From Hydrolagus colliei (lineage: Eukaryota), in assembly GCA_035084275.1 (NCBI GenBank), contig CM068749.1, forward strand, positions 18,104,001 to 18,168,000: a stretch of 64,000 nucleotides of DNA, written 5' to 3'. The notes under the pieces were generated by a model, which was not told where the DNA came from, did not search any database, and worked only from the letters and a program-made list of their open reading frames with translations. Made by a program: the position numbers and the translations under genes. Each line of letters begins with the position of its first letter. Positions within the stretch are counted from its first letter, which is position 1. Shown piece after piece: positions 1 through 14,087 of the stretch.

Positions 1-200
1 TGCATTTGATAGTGCACATTTTACATCAGGAAAATGTGCAAAAACGCTTCACAGGATATAATTGTGCAGTGATTGTGTGGTTTGTAGGTGAACAGAACTG
101 CTAATTTACACACAGCTTTGTACCACAAACACCCATGAAGTTAATGACCAATTTTATCTGGGGAACTATTGAACAATGAATTGGGATCTTTAAAGTCCAT
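1..200 (-). mobile_element. Old Deu-domain SINE (SacSINE1/AmnSINE1-like) fragment
   Basis: Reverse complement of an L2-like tail (tgcatttgatagtgc...acgcttcacag), then ccacaaac...aatgacca and the Deu-type motif gggatctttaaagtcca. Family assigned from recalled consensus. Confidence 0.5.
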
Positions 201-1889
201 AATGTGGCATAGAAAAGCCTCCACAAACCAATAACTTTCATAATTGTGAAATTATCTAAACAATATTCAGATGTTTTACGTACTATACATGGTTATCAAA
301 CAGTTCTAAATGTGAAAATTTCCTGTGATTTCTATCTATGTTTGAGATTCCCCAGGGTAGATTTGACCCATCAAATGTCAGGCAGGAAAAATCTACTGGG
401 TTTCAATCTGGTGGAAGAAATGATTTTATGTCAGTTTCTTTAGAAAGTCTTGTAGGTGTGACTCACTCAACAATATGAAAGATCAGGAAGTGGCAAGGAA
501 TAAATAGAACAAAATACAATAAGGTAAATATAAGACATGAGTTGCAATTTCCCATCAAGCCTACTTTTTATCATATCTTGTGATCTGTTTATTTTTGTAA
601 TTCTCATTTCCATGCCTTTACTCTATATTTCGTAATGTATCATTTGCCTCCCAAATATGTATTTCCTTTAAAAATCATTGTTAGTGCGCTTTAAATGCCA
701 CCAAACACAGCATTTATATTGAACTGTAGACCCATTTAAAATTCTCAATCTGCATCCTGTTAAACTGTGTACAATAGCAAGTGGTGTTACCTTTCCATTC
801 TCCACAGAAATCCACGAATCCATGAACCACAGTTTCTACAAACCATATGTGAATTCAGAGCATATTCGGCTTCCAAAAATACACACCAGGCAGGGGGAAG
901 TATGCAAATGAAATGATGTGATTACAGAACAAAAGCTGTTGTAAGTACTGAGCATCTCTTTAATTAAAATGGGTCAATTTCCCACACTCCATTCAACCCA
1001 GTTCAAACAACAGTCATGGTATATCAATGTTATTTGCTTAACTTTCAAAGTACATGCATTAAGATATCTTCAGGTTGACTATTTCCAAACTAAAAACAAG
1101 CCTTTCTGTAGTCCGTAGAAATTTCATTGCATTGGATCCAAGTTGTATATTTCACCACGGATATCTAATGAGTTACGAACCATACGTCTCATGAATCATG
1201 TCTGGTTTCAGAATACATATGGACAACAAATGAGGTGCTTTCGTGATTTGTTTTGTTTGCCTGAGGCTCACTAAGTGCTATTTTATTTCCTCTGTACTCA
1301 GAATCTTTTTTAAACAAGGATCCCATTTTAAATATGAACAAAAATAAGTTATTTACAATGCAATGTTTCTTAAATCCATCCATTATAGATAATGTTCTAC
1401 TACATTTGGTTTCATTAACCAATTTAACATTGTTAAGGACCGGAATGTTTTATGATGAAGAATATTGCTGAGTGCATACTAAATAAGGTGAAAAAGCAAT
1501 TTTTTTAATACACTACAAAATAATGATTATCTGCAAATGATTATATACATCTCATCGCTGGGTTCAGAATACAATCTCACATGATAGTAAAACGCTCAAT
1601 TCATAACCCAATTAGAAACTGCACTTTTGAATTTGCTCCCATCTTTTCAAGTGGCCACAGGGAGCTGAAACACTGTGGAAGAATTTCAACATAGAACTGA
1701 AAAAAAGAATAAGTAGGAAACTCGTGATCATCATCCACCAAGAAACTGAAGATGAAGTTTATTTATCTCCTTATTGTATTCTTCATATTGACTGAGAGAA
1801 AAATATCCCATACATTGGAGCCAAACCTGACTTTTTCTACGTTTCTATAGTTCTTTTTGCTTTCTCTTCTTCCAAAATGAGGATGTCCG

Positions 1890-2170
1890 CTCAGCTGCCT
1901 CTGCCCTTCCAACTACTAGTTTCTCCCCATATCCCCCTCACACCCCAGCCCCTACCCTTCCTGTCTCCATACCTTTGAACATGGTACCTCCTCCTTCTCA
2001 TCACTATTATGACCCATATGAAGCCCACCACCTGCTGCCTACTATGCCTACCCTCCAACCTTGCCTTCGGACACCCTTCCCTCCTGGCCCTCCACCCCAC
2101 CTGATTCTAAACCCCTGCTTTGGTCCAAATCCCTGACTGTTCAGCGCCTTGTATTGACATTATTATTATA
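1890..2170 (+). mobile_element. Degenerate L2 LINE 3' fragment
   Basis: C-rich L2-like sequence ending ccctgactgttcagcgcctt, the same 3' motif as the L2 copies at 3705-4126 and 43434-43895. Confidence 0.5.
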
Positions 2171-2306
2171 GTGAGGTATGGAGTCACTCCAGTACACATT
2201 CTCAGAGCTCTTGCCAACCTGTGCCTGATTTAGAGGAAACCCAGTTGAGTTCAAATGAACTGTAACATGAAATTTTGGAAATAATATCACTTTAAAATAA
2301 AATAAT

Positions 2307-2478
2307 ATTTCAATCCACGACTCTTTGTAGGACACTGCTGTGCGCAATTGGCTGCCGTGTTTCGCCCACAAATATACAGTCAATTCACTTTACAGTATAC
2401 TCTGTGAAGTCCATTGAGACATCAATAAGATATAAAAAGCGCTATATCAAATGCAAGGATTATGATTATTATTATGAT
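2307..2478 (+). mobile_element. Young tRNA-derived SINE (family A), 3' half
   Basis: atttcaatccacgact...gctgtgcgcaattggctgcc...gcgctatatcaaatgcaaggattat matches the 3' half of full copies at 17455, 31098 and 47427. Confidence 0.9.
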
Positions 2479-3570
2479 ATATTGCCTATCTATTTAAAAA
2501 GGTCCAATAATATTAAAGAGAGTAACATTGATATTATATGTCGGTTGCATCTGTAACAAATATTTCTTCAACCCTTCAATTTCTGGTCAAAGCATTTGTT
2601 ATGCCAAATATATGGCATCCCACTTTATTCAGCAAGATAAGATTTCTACTTTCATTAAATTATCATGTGTTCATCACAGCATGCTCAGTCCAATGCATTG
2701 TACTGGCAATGAAATGCCTTTCGCATTATTCTCATTATCAGCGATCACTACTATAGTTTATCATTCTTTATCATTAACTTGAATGAAAGGTTTCTCTACA
2801 CATTTGGACATTGTGCCACAATTCATCTGAACCCTTCCATCTGACTGATCTTAACAATATCAAGATATGGGGATTTTAACCACAGTAATTATAATGTTTT
2901 ACAATATCACATTTGCCCTCCTGATGCTGGCTGCCACAAGTCGAATCACTGAGGTAGGTTGTTGTCAAAGGCCAGCTGGTGTTTATGCACATGAATAAGC
3001 ATGTTAAATACTTTTCTCCTTTTAAATAAAACATAAATGTTTTCAATGTGACAAACCAAATGTGTATTTTGCATTCTATTGGATCTGCTTTATTTGAAAT
3101 TCCACTATGTTGCCAGCTCAAGATTTTGGATAGAGGAAAGGTGATGAACTGAATGCTAGACAACATTAATAAAGAACATATTGATGCAAACAACAAAGTC
3201 CAATTAACTCCACACCTCATGATACTGAATCCATCAGAGGTTCCTTGGCAAAAACCATTCATATTTAACTCAATGAATAGTCAATAACATAAGATCTAAA
3301 CCTGTTCAGTTTAGTTTTAAAAATGACCATAATTTCAGTCCACATTAATTCAATATCAATACATTTTTTTGTTTTCCTTGAATTTCTCAATGGGATGTTG
3401 AATGACTACATGTGACAGTGAGATTTTATACAAACAAACAGCGCGGATCCTTTCATTCCATGTATGTTAGTCTCACCATTTAGAATATATTGAATCCAAA
3501 TAATTTGTCTTCCAGCACGTCTTTCATATATATTCAAATATTTTGCATGTATCCAGAATCAAATGCATTC

Positions 3571-3683
3571 ATTCGCCCACAAAACACACAGTAACTACAC
3601 TTTATGGTACATACTGTGAAGCACTTTGGACGTCCTCATGACATGAAAGGCTCTATGCCGGATGTCAGGATTATTATTATTAT
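3571..3683 (+). mobile_element. SINE family A-related tail fragment
   Basis: ttcgcccacaaa...ctgtgaagcactttggacgtcc...gaaaggctctat...ggattattatt tail. Confidence 0.7.
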
Positions 3684-3704
3684 AGTAGTAAGTCTAGTAA
3701 TTGA

Positions 3705-4126
3705 CTCCCCACCCACCAGAGGATTGAATTCAAGATCCACGTCCTCACTTTCAAGGCCATTCACGGCCTTGCCCCTTCTTATATCTCCGACCTGCTGATT
3801 CTCTACCAACCTACCCGCCCCCTCCATTCAGCGGGCACTGGTCTGCTCCATGTCTCCTGCCTGACCTACCCTACACTCTGGAACTCTATCCCACGGTCCT
3901 TTTGCATTGCTTCCTCCCTTGCCTCCTTCAAGTCCGGTTTCAAGACCTTCCTTTTCAATCGTGCCTTCAGCCTCCCTCCCACCTGTCTCCCCCCTCCCCT
4001 CCCATCCCCTCTACCCTGCCCTATCCTCCTACCCCTCCCCCATGCTCAGGTCCCGACCCCCGACTGTTCAACGCCTTGGGATGTCCTCCCGACATGAAAG
4101 GCTCTCTATAAATGTAATTTTGTTGT
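3705..4126 (+). mobile_element. L2 (CR1 superfamily) LINE, 5'-truncated: ORF2 C-terminus plus 3' UTR
   Basis: Translates from 3705 as LPTHQRIEFKIHVLTFKAIHGLAPSYISDLLILYQPTRPLHSAGTGLLHVS, a typical L2 ORF2 end. Followed by a C-rich UTR and the tail gaaaggctctctataaatgtaattttgttgt. Confidence 0.9.
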
Positions 4127-7100
4127 CCTTTACATTTACCTTCCTTTTTTCCCACAATAACAACCTTTTCCATTAACAGAATCTGCTGTGGCCACCTTAT
4201 GCACTTACTGTATTCCAAATTAACATTAAGACATGGTGTAAGATCTTAAGAACAGTCCACTTTATTAATTTTTCCAATTACTAGTTTTGGAGAGTGTATA
4301 AAACAACTGAAGGTCAAAGTTTGGGGATACATTTCTTTCATATTGCTTTGAAAAAAAAGAATCCTAGCAGGAGCTGGATTGTACATATGCAGTGCCCTTT
4401 TAAGTTATAGAATTATTTGTCTAGCCAGGAAACTATTATGGAAATGTCTTCCTACCGAGGATAGATTCTATTCTTTCTGATAAGTGTCATGAAGTCTTTT
4501 AATTCCACCATCTCACTGGGGAAAGGCAAGTTAGATTGGAACTTGATTTAACATCCCATCCAAAAGCTGGTGTTGTGGACTCAATCTATTTTATTGGCAT
4601 TCTTGTCTGAGGCCCCACTTTTTTGCAATAGATACCATTCATTTTTTATTTGATAATGTCACTTTTCATTGACTATTCCTGCGCATTACACTTCATCATT
4701 ATTGTGTTCTTGTCACATTAATCAGATGGAAATGTTCACAGCTCCTCCTAAATGGACAATGCAATCAAAATCTCCACAAAAAAACAGCAGCAGCCAAAAC
4801 AAAACATACAGGTACATTGTAAATTGTTAAAATCAGTACAGACTTATTTTAGTGATTTATTAAATATTGGGCGTCTTTTTTTCCCCGTGTGTTGACATTG
4901 TTATTGTCTCTCCTTACTTATTGACTGGCAAGAAGAAATGTATTTCATCTTCAAATTACCAACTCACAAGATTTCTAATGTTAGCAATAAACCTTAGTAC
5001 ACAATTAGCACTCAAACTATAATCTACTACTTCGTCGGAAATCGGAACTATTTTCTTTTAAATCATTCCGTTCTAAACTAATACAGTACAAGGTTCTGAT
5101 CGTCTTTATAATTGGAAGATATTTAACTAGCACAGACCAAAATAGAGCTTTGCCTACACAAGGCTGCTAGCAAGTGTGTTTTTTTTGCTAAGGACTATTA
5201 TCTGGAAAATAAGGGCTACTTATCCATCTCACAATTCATTATCAACTTAGGCAGGCAGACAGGACCTCGTTTCACATTTTTTCTGATAGATAATGGTTCC
5301 AATACTGAAGAACCTCCTTGCATTTTGACCCTCAATGGGGTCAATTCAAGGATTGAGGAAACGGGACTAAAAATCAATTGGGTTATAGAATTATTGGTAG
5401 TATGTCTTAACGGACAATTAATATGCAAGTCCATGATGCAGATTCATACAGAAACATCCCTCCATTTCAATCTGTTTGCACACTGGATTTTTTTGAGTTG
5501 CAGTCACTTGCTTAGATATTTACAGTTGCTTACAGAAGGCATGCCCACTCTTACATTTTAAGAAATCCATCAAAGAAATTCACCACACAATATTAATTAG
5601 GAGATTTCAAATTCTCAAATGTTTGGCCTAGATATGGAGGCTTAAATTGAAAAATCCTTCACAGGCCTTTTGTCCACAAGTTTGATCTTGTCCACAGGTT
5701 GAAGACTGTTGGGTTGTGCCACAATCTCCACACTGTTGGATGTTTCTGGATCCTTCTTTTGCCTTTACCTGGTGGTTTTACAGCCAGACCGAATAAAAGA
5801 GGTGCAGATACTGTGACACATTTAAAATACTTCAGAAACAGTGTTGTTTCACCATTTGCGGTTTTAATGAACTAATCTGGTACCGCTTTTAATCCATGGC
5901 ATCCAGCGCCAGTTCCCTGCCCTTCATAACTGGATACCATTGGAGTTTTAAGGTATGAGCTTCCAAATAACTTTAATTTGGAGATTGAATTACAGTTATT
6001 TATTGATACAGTTCAATGGACATAGCAGCTGCTATGTGTCCCAGTCTTGACAAGTCCCAGAAAGCTGGTGATACAACAGCAATCAACATCTTCTCCTCCT
6101 GCTGACTACTTACATCAAATGCTCTTGTCCTACCTAATACACAGCAAGATTTCATCCTATTTTATATTACCCTACAGGTCCAAGCATGTGCCTGAAAGGT
6201 GTTTGCTAACTGCTCATGGTCTATTTTTCACACCTTTCTGACACTTAATAAAACAGCCAAACTTTCGTTCAAGTAGTCCTCTTGTAGTATATTAGTTAAT
6301 TGTGTTACAAAAAAAAATCGCTGGTATGAAAGAGAAAAATATTTTTAAAATGTGACTATGGTCATTTTGAACACAGCATTTCTGTTTGTCAATGAAGCCT
6401 GTATAATCCTGTTCAGTTTTCCAACGTTGTATCAAATATTGCTATTGTGCAGATATCAATTTGCTCTATACTGGGGTTGTCACAGTAAGCATATGCTTAG
6501 CTCTAACAGCTCTTTTGATGTCTTACAGCGATTACATAAACAAAAAATAGATAAGTACTGCCGATTGTTCATTTAATCCAGCAAAAAAAGCTATTTACAC
6601 AAGCTAACGATAGGGGAAGATCTCACAAAGCACTGCTAATAAATACTTCTCGAAAATTTCAGCTCCCAATTTACTACTAGTACACAAAGGGCCAGTTGAA
6701 ACTTGTATGATGATCCAATTTGCCACAGCTCATGTTTTTAGTCTCCATGAAACTGCTGTGCAAGCGCAGTGGGAGCAGCTCAGTGCTATCCCATGAGTCA
6801 ATCAGGGGTCTTTCATTTCCTGCTGGACCTAAACATCAGACAGTTCCAAGCATCTAATTATCATTCAAAAATATATTCACCACAGAGCATGATCAGAGGA
6901 ACACCCCATTTATATTATTGCGATGTGTCAAACTAATTGTTCCATTATATTAATTATTTTATAAAGAAAAAGGCAAAAAAATAGTGGTCCAGAATGGATT
7001 TAACATCAAGATAATTGATTTTTAGCCCATCTATTTCCTCAACCCCACTCACCACAGAGGCAAGGTACAACGCTCTAATTACTAGGGAATTCCTTAAAAA

Positions 7101-9144
7101 ATTGCTAATGATCAGTGAGTTTCTCATTAGGAAATGTTTAATCCATGCTTAACTCATCAGTTGTTCAGTAATGTAGTGGCCTTGGGAGTCTTTTTCCCAA
7201 CAGTAGTTAAGTAAACAGTCAGTTCAGAGGTCCAGATAGTATTTTTAAGGAAAGTAAGTAATTTTTTCAGCGCTCTGCATTAATTTACCCTGGCACAGTC
7301 TACCTGACAGAATTCTAAAGAAAAAAGCCTGTAGTTTATCCCAAAGAACTTTATTTGCTTACAAATGCTGCATTTCCCCATTGTTTCGGTCAATGAAACT
7401 AGGATTTACTGCTCTAGCCTACCTTTCTTTCAATGCAATCCCAAAGGTCTTGTTTATTGTGAAAGGATTAACTAATCCCTCATTTTTGCCTGAATGAAAT
7501 GATCTGATCACTACTTTATCTCATCCATTACACAGTTCTAATTGCTACTTTAAAAAAAAAGACTGCTAGCAGCCAAGGTTGCAGAGCTGATGGGTTCTGC
7601 TTCAGTGTTAAAGAGCACAGGGTGCATCTCCATGGAGCATAAGTCTCATGTTACAATTAGCTTACACTTTCAGCAATTAATAAAGAAAACTATATCCTTA
7701 TTCAATAACTAGATTGGTTCAATTACAAAACACTAGTTGATTAGCAAGAAGAAAGACACACATATCTGCAGCCTGTAGTTCCAAATGTTTTATTGGTGTT
7801 TAGTTCAGTATGTTTTTTTTAATCGCAAATGTATTAAAGTGAGATAATGTATTTTTAAAGGTCATATCCAGCTCTTCACAACTTTGCACAACGCCAAATT
7901 AAATCCCTTATAAACAATATAAATTTAAATTAAGATCCTTCATTCTCATATGCAGTATGAGTTTATTATAGTTTAATAGGCATGAATAGCATTATTTAGC
8001 CATTCAGATTAACACTGAAATAGAATAATGCAAATTATAATGCAGAGCAATTACTTTTTAACATTGGTCAGAACATAAATATGTTCATATTTATGGTAGT
8101 TCTGAATCAGGTGCTGATCCACTGACCCATGATCAGACTAATAAATATCGTTACTTATTCAATATCTACCAAATATACCATATATATCTATTGACAATAT
8201 TCACTGAACTTGTTTTTGCTTCTTATAATGTTTGATTAATTTTGTGATTGTCAATTAAAATTAATGCAATATTCTTCCACTCCTGCTCCAAGTAAGAATC
8301 CCTGTGACTGTGGCTTATCTTTAGCAGTACTTAAATGTAGGCCAAAGCTTCCAATACATTACTGCAACATTGGGATGAGTTGTCTTGGTTTTCTGCTAAA
8401 TAAATAATTGAATTTGGAGTAAAGATTTGGGTTGAGTTACGCCTTTGCTGGTCCTATTTATTCATAGTTATCTAGTAGGAAATAATTATAGTATATATCT
8501 ATATATATATCTGTATAATAATGTTGGCATTTTAAGCAGTTGATTGGTCGAAAATGTCCTCATTGTTTGTACAGCGAAAAATTCCACCCTAAGTTCTTCA
8601 GGTTTGTTTGAAATGTGATACCGTGGAAGAAGGCAGGAATGAGGATTAGCACAGGTCTGTCGTTGGGTCAAGCGGTTGTGAAGAGCTGTACTTGACATCA
8701 GAACCCAGTTTTGTTTCAATCACTGAGAAAAGATGGGGAGAGGCAATGACCCATTGATGTCAATGTTGAAGATACTGTACCTGGAGTGCAGTTAAAGAGG
8801 TGGGAAATCAGAAGGAACATTGCTGGGTACAATTCTGCTTCCATTGATTCTGAGCACAGTGGTCTTCCCAGCATATTGTTAAAGCACTGACTCATTCCCT
8901 CTCCATCTCACCACTTTCACTCTCTCTGTACTCCAATATCCAGCAGTGAAATGCTGTCACAGTCTTCAAAAGTCAAAATGCAATTCTGACTAAGGAGGAA
9001 AATGTGATTTTAACATTATTGTAACTAGATTAACATGAGCAGTAAAGGTTATTTTACTGTTGAATGACTGAGCTCACAGGGTTGAATGGCCCATCATTAT
9101 GATGTATACATTTTAGTGGTTGTAAGTGTATACATTAAGATATT

Positions 9145-9438
9145 ATAATAATAATACTTGCATTTGATATAATGCTTTTTATGTCTTTTAGATGTCTCAA
9201 AGTGCCTCACAGAATACACTGTAAAGTGTATATATGTGGGCGATACGCAGCAGCCAATTGCACACAGCAGCGTCACACAACAGTCGTGGATTGAAATTAC
9301 CAATTTATTGTTTTTTTGAGGGATTATTATCAGGCATGTGGAGTAAGGAAACTTGCCCAAGGTTTCACCCTGATTGGAATTGAACCCAGGTCTCTCGCTT
9401 GAAAGAAGAGTGCTCGAACCTCTGAGCTACAGGACTCC
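9145..9438 (-). mobile_element. Young tRNA-derived SINE (family A), full length
   Basis: Reverse complement begins ggagtcctgtagctcagaggttcgagcactc (A box), has gggttcaattcc (B box) and ccttgggcaagtttccttactccaca, and ends in the (att)n tail. Confidence 0.92.
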
Positions 9439-9889
9439 ATAAGGTATATTTTGCAAAGAGATATACACCAGATATCATTTTATGCTGGACGTTCAGTGTC
9501 AGCACAGGATACTCTTGGGTCCTGATCTGACATTGAAAGTGAATGTTAACACCTGCAAATCCACATTGGTGAGCAGCTAGCCAGGCTGCCAAGAAAACTG
9601 GTAACAATGAGCATCAGCTGCAGCATAGAGTAAAAACAAACTCCAGCAGTATTGTATTCCCATTCACATTTTTAATACAGTATAAATAGTTAAATATCCA
9701 GTGAGTTCTTTTGAATCATTAAAATATCATTGACACTCAAATACACACGGGGAGCATTGTTTGCGTTTAAGCATGCATGAAGTTCTTCCTTCTTCAAACT
9801 CACTACAAATGCAAGTAGGCACTGAAAATGCAGTTCTTATGTTGCGCTGAAACAGACTTCATATTTCTGTTTAAAATTAATGTTGCTTG

Positions 9890-10090
9890 ACAGTTTGTGG
9901 AGCATTGTTGTCCGCAAATTGGCTGCTGCATTTGTTTTCAAATTACAGTCACTACACATTCAGCACACCAAGATGCTGTGAAAGGCACTGTATAAATACA
10001 AATTGTTGTTGTTAAAGTGAATCCTGTGAAGTGATTTCAAACATCCTCATGGTGTGAAAGGCGCTACATCAAATGCACGGATTATTATTT
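9890..10090 (+). mobile_element. Older SINE 3' parts (two tandem L2-like tails)
   Basis: tttgtggagcattgttgtccgcaaattggctgctgc...gtgaaaggcactgtataaat, followed by a second tail gtgaaaggcgctacatcaaatgcacggattatt. Confidence 0.7.
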
Positions 10091-11911
10091 TAAATTCAGG
10101 GTTTTAAATACTGACTTTTGCAAATTTTAGAAAGAATTCCTCTCACCCTCCTATCCTAAACATATTTCATAAAGACACAAGAGAGGTTCAGAAGAAGACT
10201 ATTCAGGCCTTTGATGTCATCCTGCCAGAAAATCCCCCTTTACCAGCCTTGCATTACATCATGAAGCAGTCCAGTGTCCTGGCCAGTAACCCAGTCATTA
10301 ACTACATATGTTTCCTTCTACTTAGCTACAGTTCAATTTTCACTCGAAAACATTTGATTCCTCAACTGGCCTGGACTGGCCAACAGTGAGCAGGCAAACA
10401 CAAACTTGTGTTCACCATTGTTCCCTTGCAGATTTAAGCAAGTCCCATATGCAACACTCCCATTGTCCCCTTGGCTAACACTAGTGAACTCAGCCCAGAA
10501 TCAATATCAAATCAGAGACCTTCCTAGCCTCTAAGGTTAGGCCATTCACTGGGTAAACATTTTGAGCCATGGAGGAAATGCTCCATAATATGTTTATCTC
10601 TCTTAATGGGTATTTTATCCAGTATTTCGTTGCTTGTAAATGTGAGGCACTTTTCCACTTCCAACTGCCATTACTGTTTTTTAGGTTCATGTATGGATAC
10701 TGAGAGCAAGATAAAACTTTGGTTTTAAAGAAAATATGTTTGTATTCACAATCTTGGAAGAACATCCCTACTCTACCAGCCTGAATCTGTGTCCCCTCCT
10801 CACACCAGCATTCTTGTGTGTTTATTTTCGAGCCAGATTGCCAATTTAGTGTCAATTCATGATAAATCAGTTAAGCTTATCCTAATTAATCGTGTATGCT
10901 GACACTGGGGGGGTCTAAACACTTTGACCCAATTTCAGTGCGACACAAAGAATTTAATGGGGAGTGGGGAGGGTTGGGGGAGGCTTTCATGTGGGGGTTA
11001 AATTATTGGAATGAACAAGTGACAGTCTGGTTGAAACTGCCACTCCTTCTAGTGCACTCGAATTAATGGAAAGAACTTGCCAATTTCCCACTGGCGGTTC
11101 AGATGTAACTGCAGAGGCAAAACCGCTGTCCCACACACACAAAAAATCACAACTAGTGATACAATACAAATAATGGAGTTACAATCATCGCATACCTAAA
11201 CATTCATTCCGTTGGAATTGTCCCTCGCCCTTGCCGTGACAGATCGATTCACTGGCACTGTTTTTGTTCTGAAATTGTCCAGTGAGTTGAACAAAAACAA
11301 ATAATTATTCAATAAGGATTCAGCGTGATAGCTTCATGATTTACAGCCCCTATGTCAACTCGCATGTACCAATTGGATGGCTGGCAGTTTCCCCAAACCT
11401 ATTGAAAGTTTCATGAAACAGAAAGTTTCAAGGCTTAAAAAAAGCCCTACAAACTCCCCCCCCCCCAACAAAAGTTATTATTCCAAACATTTTTGGCCCA
11501 AACAGTACAGTGTTTTGCAGTCCTGTGAAACACAACTCCAGCAAACGCGACCCTTCCTTGTAAGTGCCTCGTTCACTTAACACTTAGATGTTTTGTAACT
11601 TCTCCTTTAATGTTCCCATCAATAATTAACTGGGATCTTACTTGGTGGACACTGCATTGAAGAGGAATCAAGACACACGATCGAATTAAACTGTTGCAAA
11701 GAAACAGCGCAACTCCGGGGAAGCAACAAACTCCATTTTGACACAGAATGCCTCTAGCCAAAGCAATTAAGGCTGCAAAATATTGCCGGCTGACATGATG
11801 TGTATGTAAATTTGTCATTCACTGGCAAGTGTTTGTTAATATACCATGTGGTAAACTTACTCGGAATCAATTTGATTTTGTTCATTTTACCTTTCAAACT
11901 TAAAGGGGTGG

Positions 11912-11912
<1 letters not shown>

Positions 11913-11948
<36 letters not shown>

Positions 11949-11951
11949 TAT
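11913..11951. repeat. (TA)n microsatellite
   Basis: Read directly from the sequence. Confidence 0.95.
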
Positions 11952-12107
11952 CTCCCCCCCCCCCCTTCCTCTCCCACCCCACCAGCCGCACAGTGAACCG
12001 TAAGGACTTGGCGACAAGTGAAGTTGCCAATGCTCGCGTCAGTCAGTCAGTCAATCACAGGGAATAATCTGAAATATTGAGCACTTGAGGTCGAACAAGG
12101 CAGCAGC

Positions 12108-12148
12108 ACACAGAGTCAGAATCAAACACAGAGTCAGAATCAAACACA
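12108..12148 (+). repeat. 18-bp perfect tandem duplication
   Basis: acacagagtcagaatcaa x2 plus acaca. Confidence 0.95.
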
Positions 12149-12507
12149 AAGGTTTTACGTTGTACAGTCGAGTTAACCAGAACGGCAGCGTGGATTAATT
12201 TATTTTTAGGGCATGCGTTTCTACATCTTCATAAACATCTAACAGGATCACTTAATCCGAAACTGTAGGATTGTGTGTGTGATAACTGCTGTATATAATA
12301 ACGCTACTGTATATATATATATATATTGAACCTGATTGATGTGGTTTGGGTGCAGGCAAGAGAACAGTCGGATGAGGTGTATAATGGACAGCGGATAAGG
12401 AAAGCGTAGATAATCGAGGTTAAAAATTCCTCCAGATTCACTGAAAAAAAACCCCGCTGATTTGAACACACGCTAGGAATCGTTACTTCGGCGCCGGCGG
12501 TCCAGCC

Positions 12508-12508
12508 A

Positions 12509-12539
<31 letters not shown>

Positions 12540-12570
12540 TACACACACACACACATATACACACACACAC
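12508..12570. repeat. (CA)n imperfect microsatellite
   Basis: Read directly from the sequence. Confidence 0.95.
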
Positions 12571-13282
12571 GTGTTGTGTGAGTGAAGGTACTTGGAAGGG
12601 AACAACTTAAACGCCCGTCCGCAAACCGCAAGCCTCTTTGCGATACGCTGTGTATTTATATATATTTCTCCTTTTTTTTAGAAAAAAAAACTCTCTGCGT
12701 TTTCGCTTTACATGAGGCTAACCCTGTTACAATTCCTTTCAAAAATCCATCAAAGGTGCAACTGCCTACGTTCACAACCCATCGCCTTAAAATTCATCAC
12801 TCTGGCACTCAGCTTCCCTGCAGGTCAAGCAACAGAAGGTTCAACCAACAATAATTAGAGACACCCTTTATTTTTCTCCCCTTATCTGATCCCCCCCCAC
12901 CCACCCAGACAGCACGATTTTTACCTATGATCGCAATCTGCTTAGTCTGTGTAAATTTATGCACTCTCGTATTTTGCAGCGCAGAGGGAAAAAAAACCTG
13001 GTATGTTTTTTTTATTAAACTTTTCAAGCCTCCCATTTATTTAACAAAAGTCGCTGTCGTTTAAAGTGGAGCATGAGGCGTGATAATGAGTAGGCTGAGG
13101 GAAGAGAAGGTGTTAGCTCATTAAGGTAATGACTAAGACATCCCCCATTATATCACCGACTTTCGGTTGAAAATGTGGCAATTAAAGCGCTCTACGTGGG
13201 CTCGTGTAAGCTGGGGACAAGAGAATTCTCTGGGAACTTCTGTGTTACGGTTAATGTGTGTCATGTAAATGAAGCAACATAC

Positions 13283-13400
13283 ATAGCGTCTGATGCCTTC
13301 CAACTCCTCTCTCCTCAGGTCGTGCTCCCTACCAATGCTCGCTGTTTCCTCTTCAACTACACCCAGATCGTATGGTACAGAGCAAGCTGTCTGTCCCCCC
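13283..13400 (-). other. Candidate alternative first exon (minus strand)
   Basis: Complex, purine-rich minus-strand segment directly downstream of G/GA-rich promoter-like tracts, ending CAGACGCTAT|gtatgt (5' splice-site-like at 13282-13277). The 5' boundary is uncertain. Confidence 0.3.
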
Positions 13401-13653
13401 CCCTCACGCCCTCCCTCCCCCCCTCCCACTCACTCAACCCATTCATGTGTGGGGAGGGAGCCCCCAAAATATTTCCCAATTTCGCTCCACCCCCCACCCC
13501 CCGATCTTCGCCCCCAAAACTCGACTCTGACCAGAATTTGGTACCAGATAGACTCGAGAGCAGCATCTTTCTCTCCTCCCCCATCCTCCCATTCATCCAC
13601 CTTATCTCCATCACAAACCCAAAAGGCTAGCCCGCAAACAACACAGCTCAAAT

Positions 13654-13676
13654 TCTCTCTCTCTCTCTCTCTCTCT
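13654..13676. repeat. (CT)n microsatellite
   Basis: Read directly; lies within a longer pyrimidine-rich tract (~13540-13950). Confidence 0.9.
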
Positions 13677-14062
13677 ACCCCCACTCTATTTCCCTTCTCA
13701 TTTCTGTTTCCTTCTTGCTCCACCCTCCTCCCCTCTCCCTGGATGATTTCACCTTTTCCCTGTATCTCCCCTCATCCCCTCTGTTTCCTAGGTTTTCTCC
13801 CCCATCAGTCCCCTTCAACCTCTTCTCTATTTCTCTCTCACTCTCACCCTCACTTTCTCCCCTATGCATTGACTTGGGAGTCATGACCTGCTCTTAGCCC
13901 CAGCCCAGAGTAGCAGCAAGCCCCCCACCCCCCAGTCCCTCTCTCTCTCTCTAAGCAACAACAGCCGCACATACCAGAGTGCCTGCCAGTCAACACAGAG
14001 ACGCTAATGTTATAGTGGTGGGGGGCACACATAAAAATAAATAATATAGAAACACTAAGAGA

Positions 14063-14087
14063 GGGGGGGGGGGGGGGGGGGGGGGGG
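14063..14087. repeat. poly-G run
   Basis: Read directly; a second poly-G run lies at 15253-15272. Confidence 0.9.

Noticed and set aside
5893-5944. Imperfect ~14-bp inverted repeat (similar weak one at ~352-410)
   Set aside because: Short and mismatched; plausibly chance or a decayed transposon.
12108-12148. Direct repeats as a CRISPR-like array
   Set aside because: Two adjacent 18-bp copies with no spacers in vertebrate DNA; a simple tandem duplication.
13175-13886. ORFs of 151 and 197 aa
   Set aside because: Pro/Ser/Leu-rich read-through of low-complexity CT tracts, open in several frames on both strands, with no domain.
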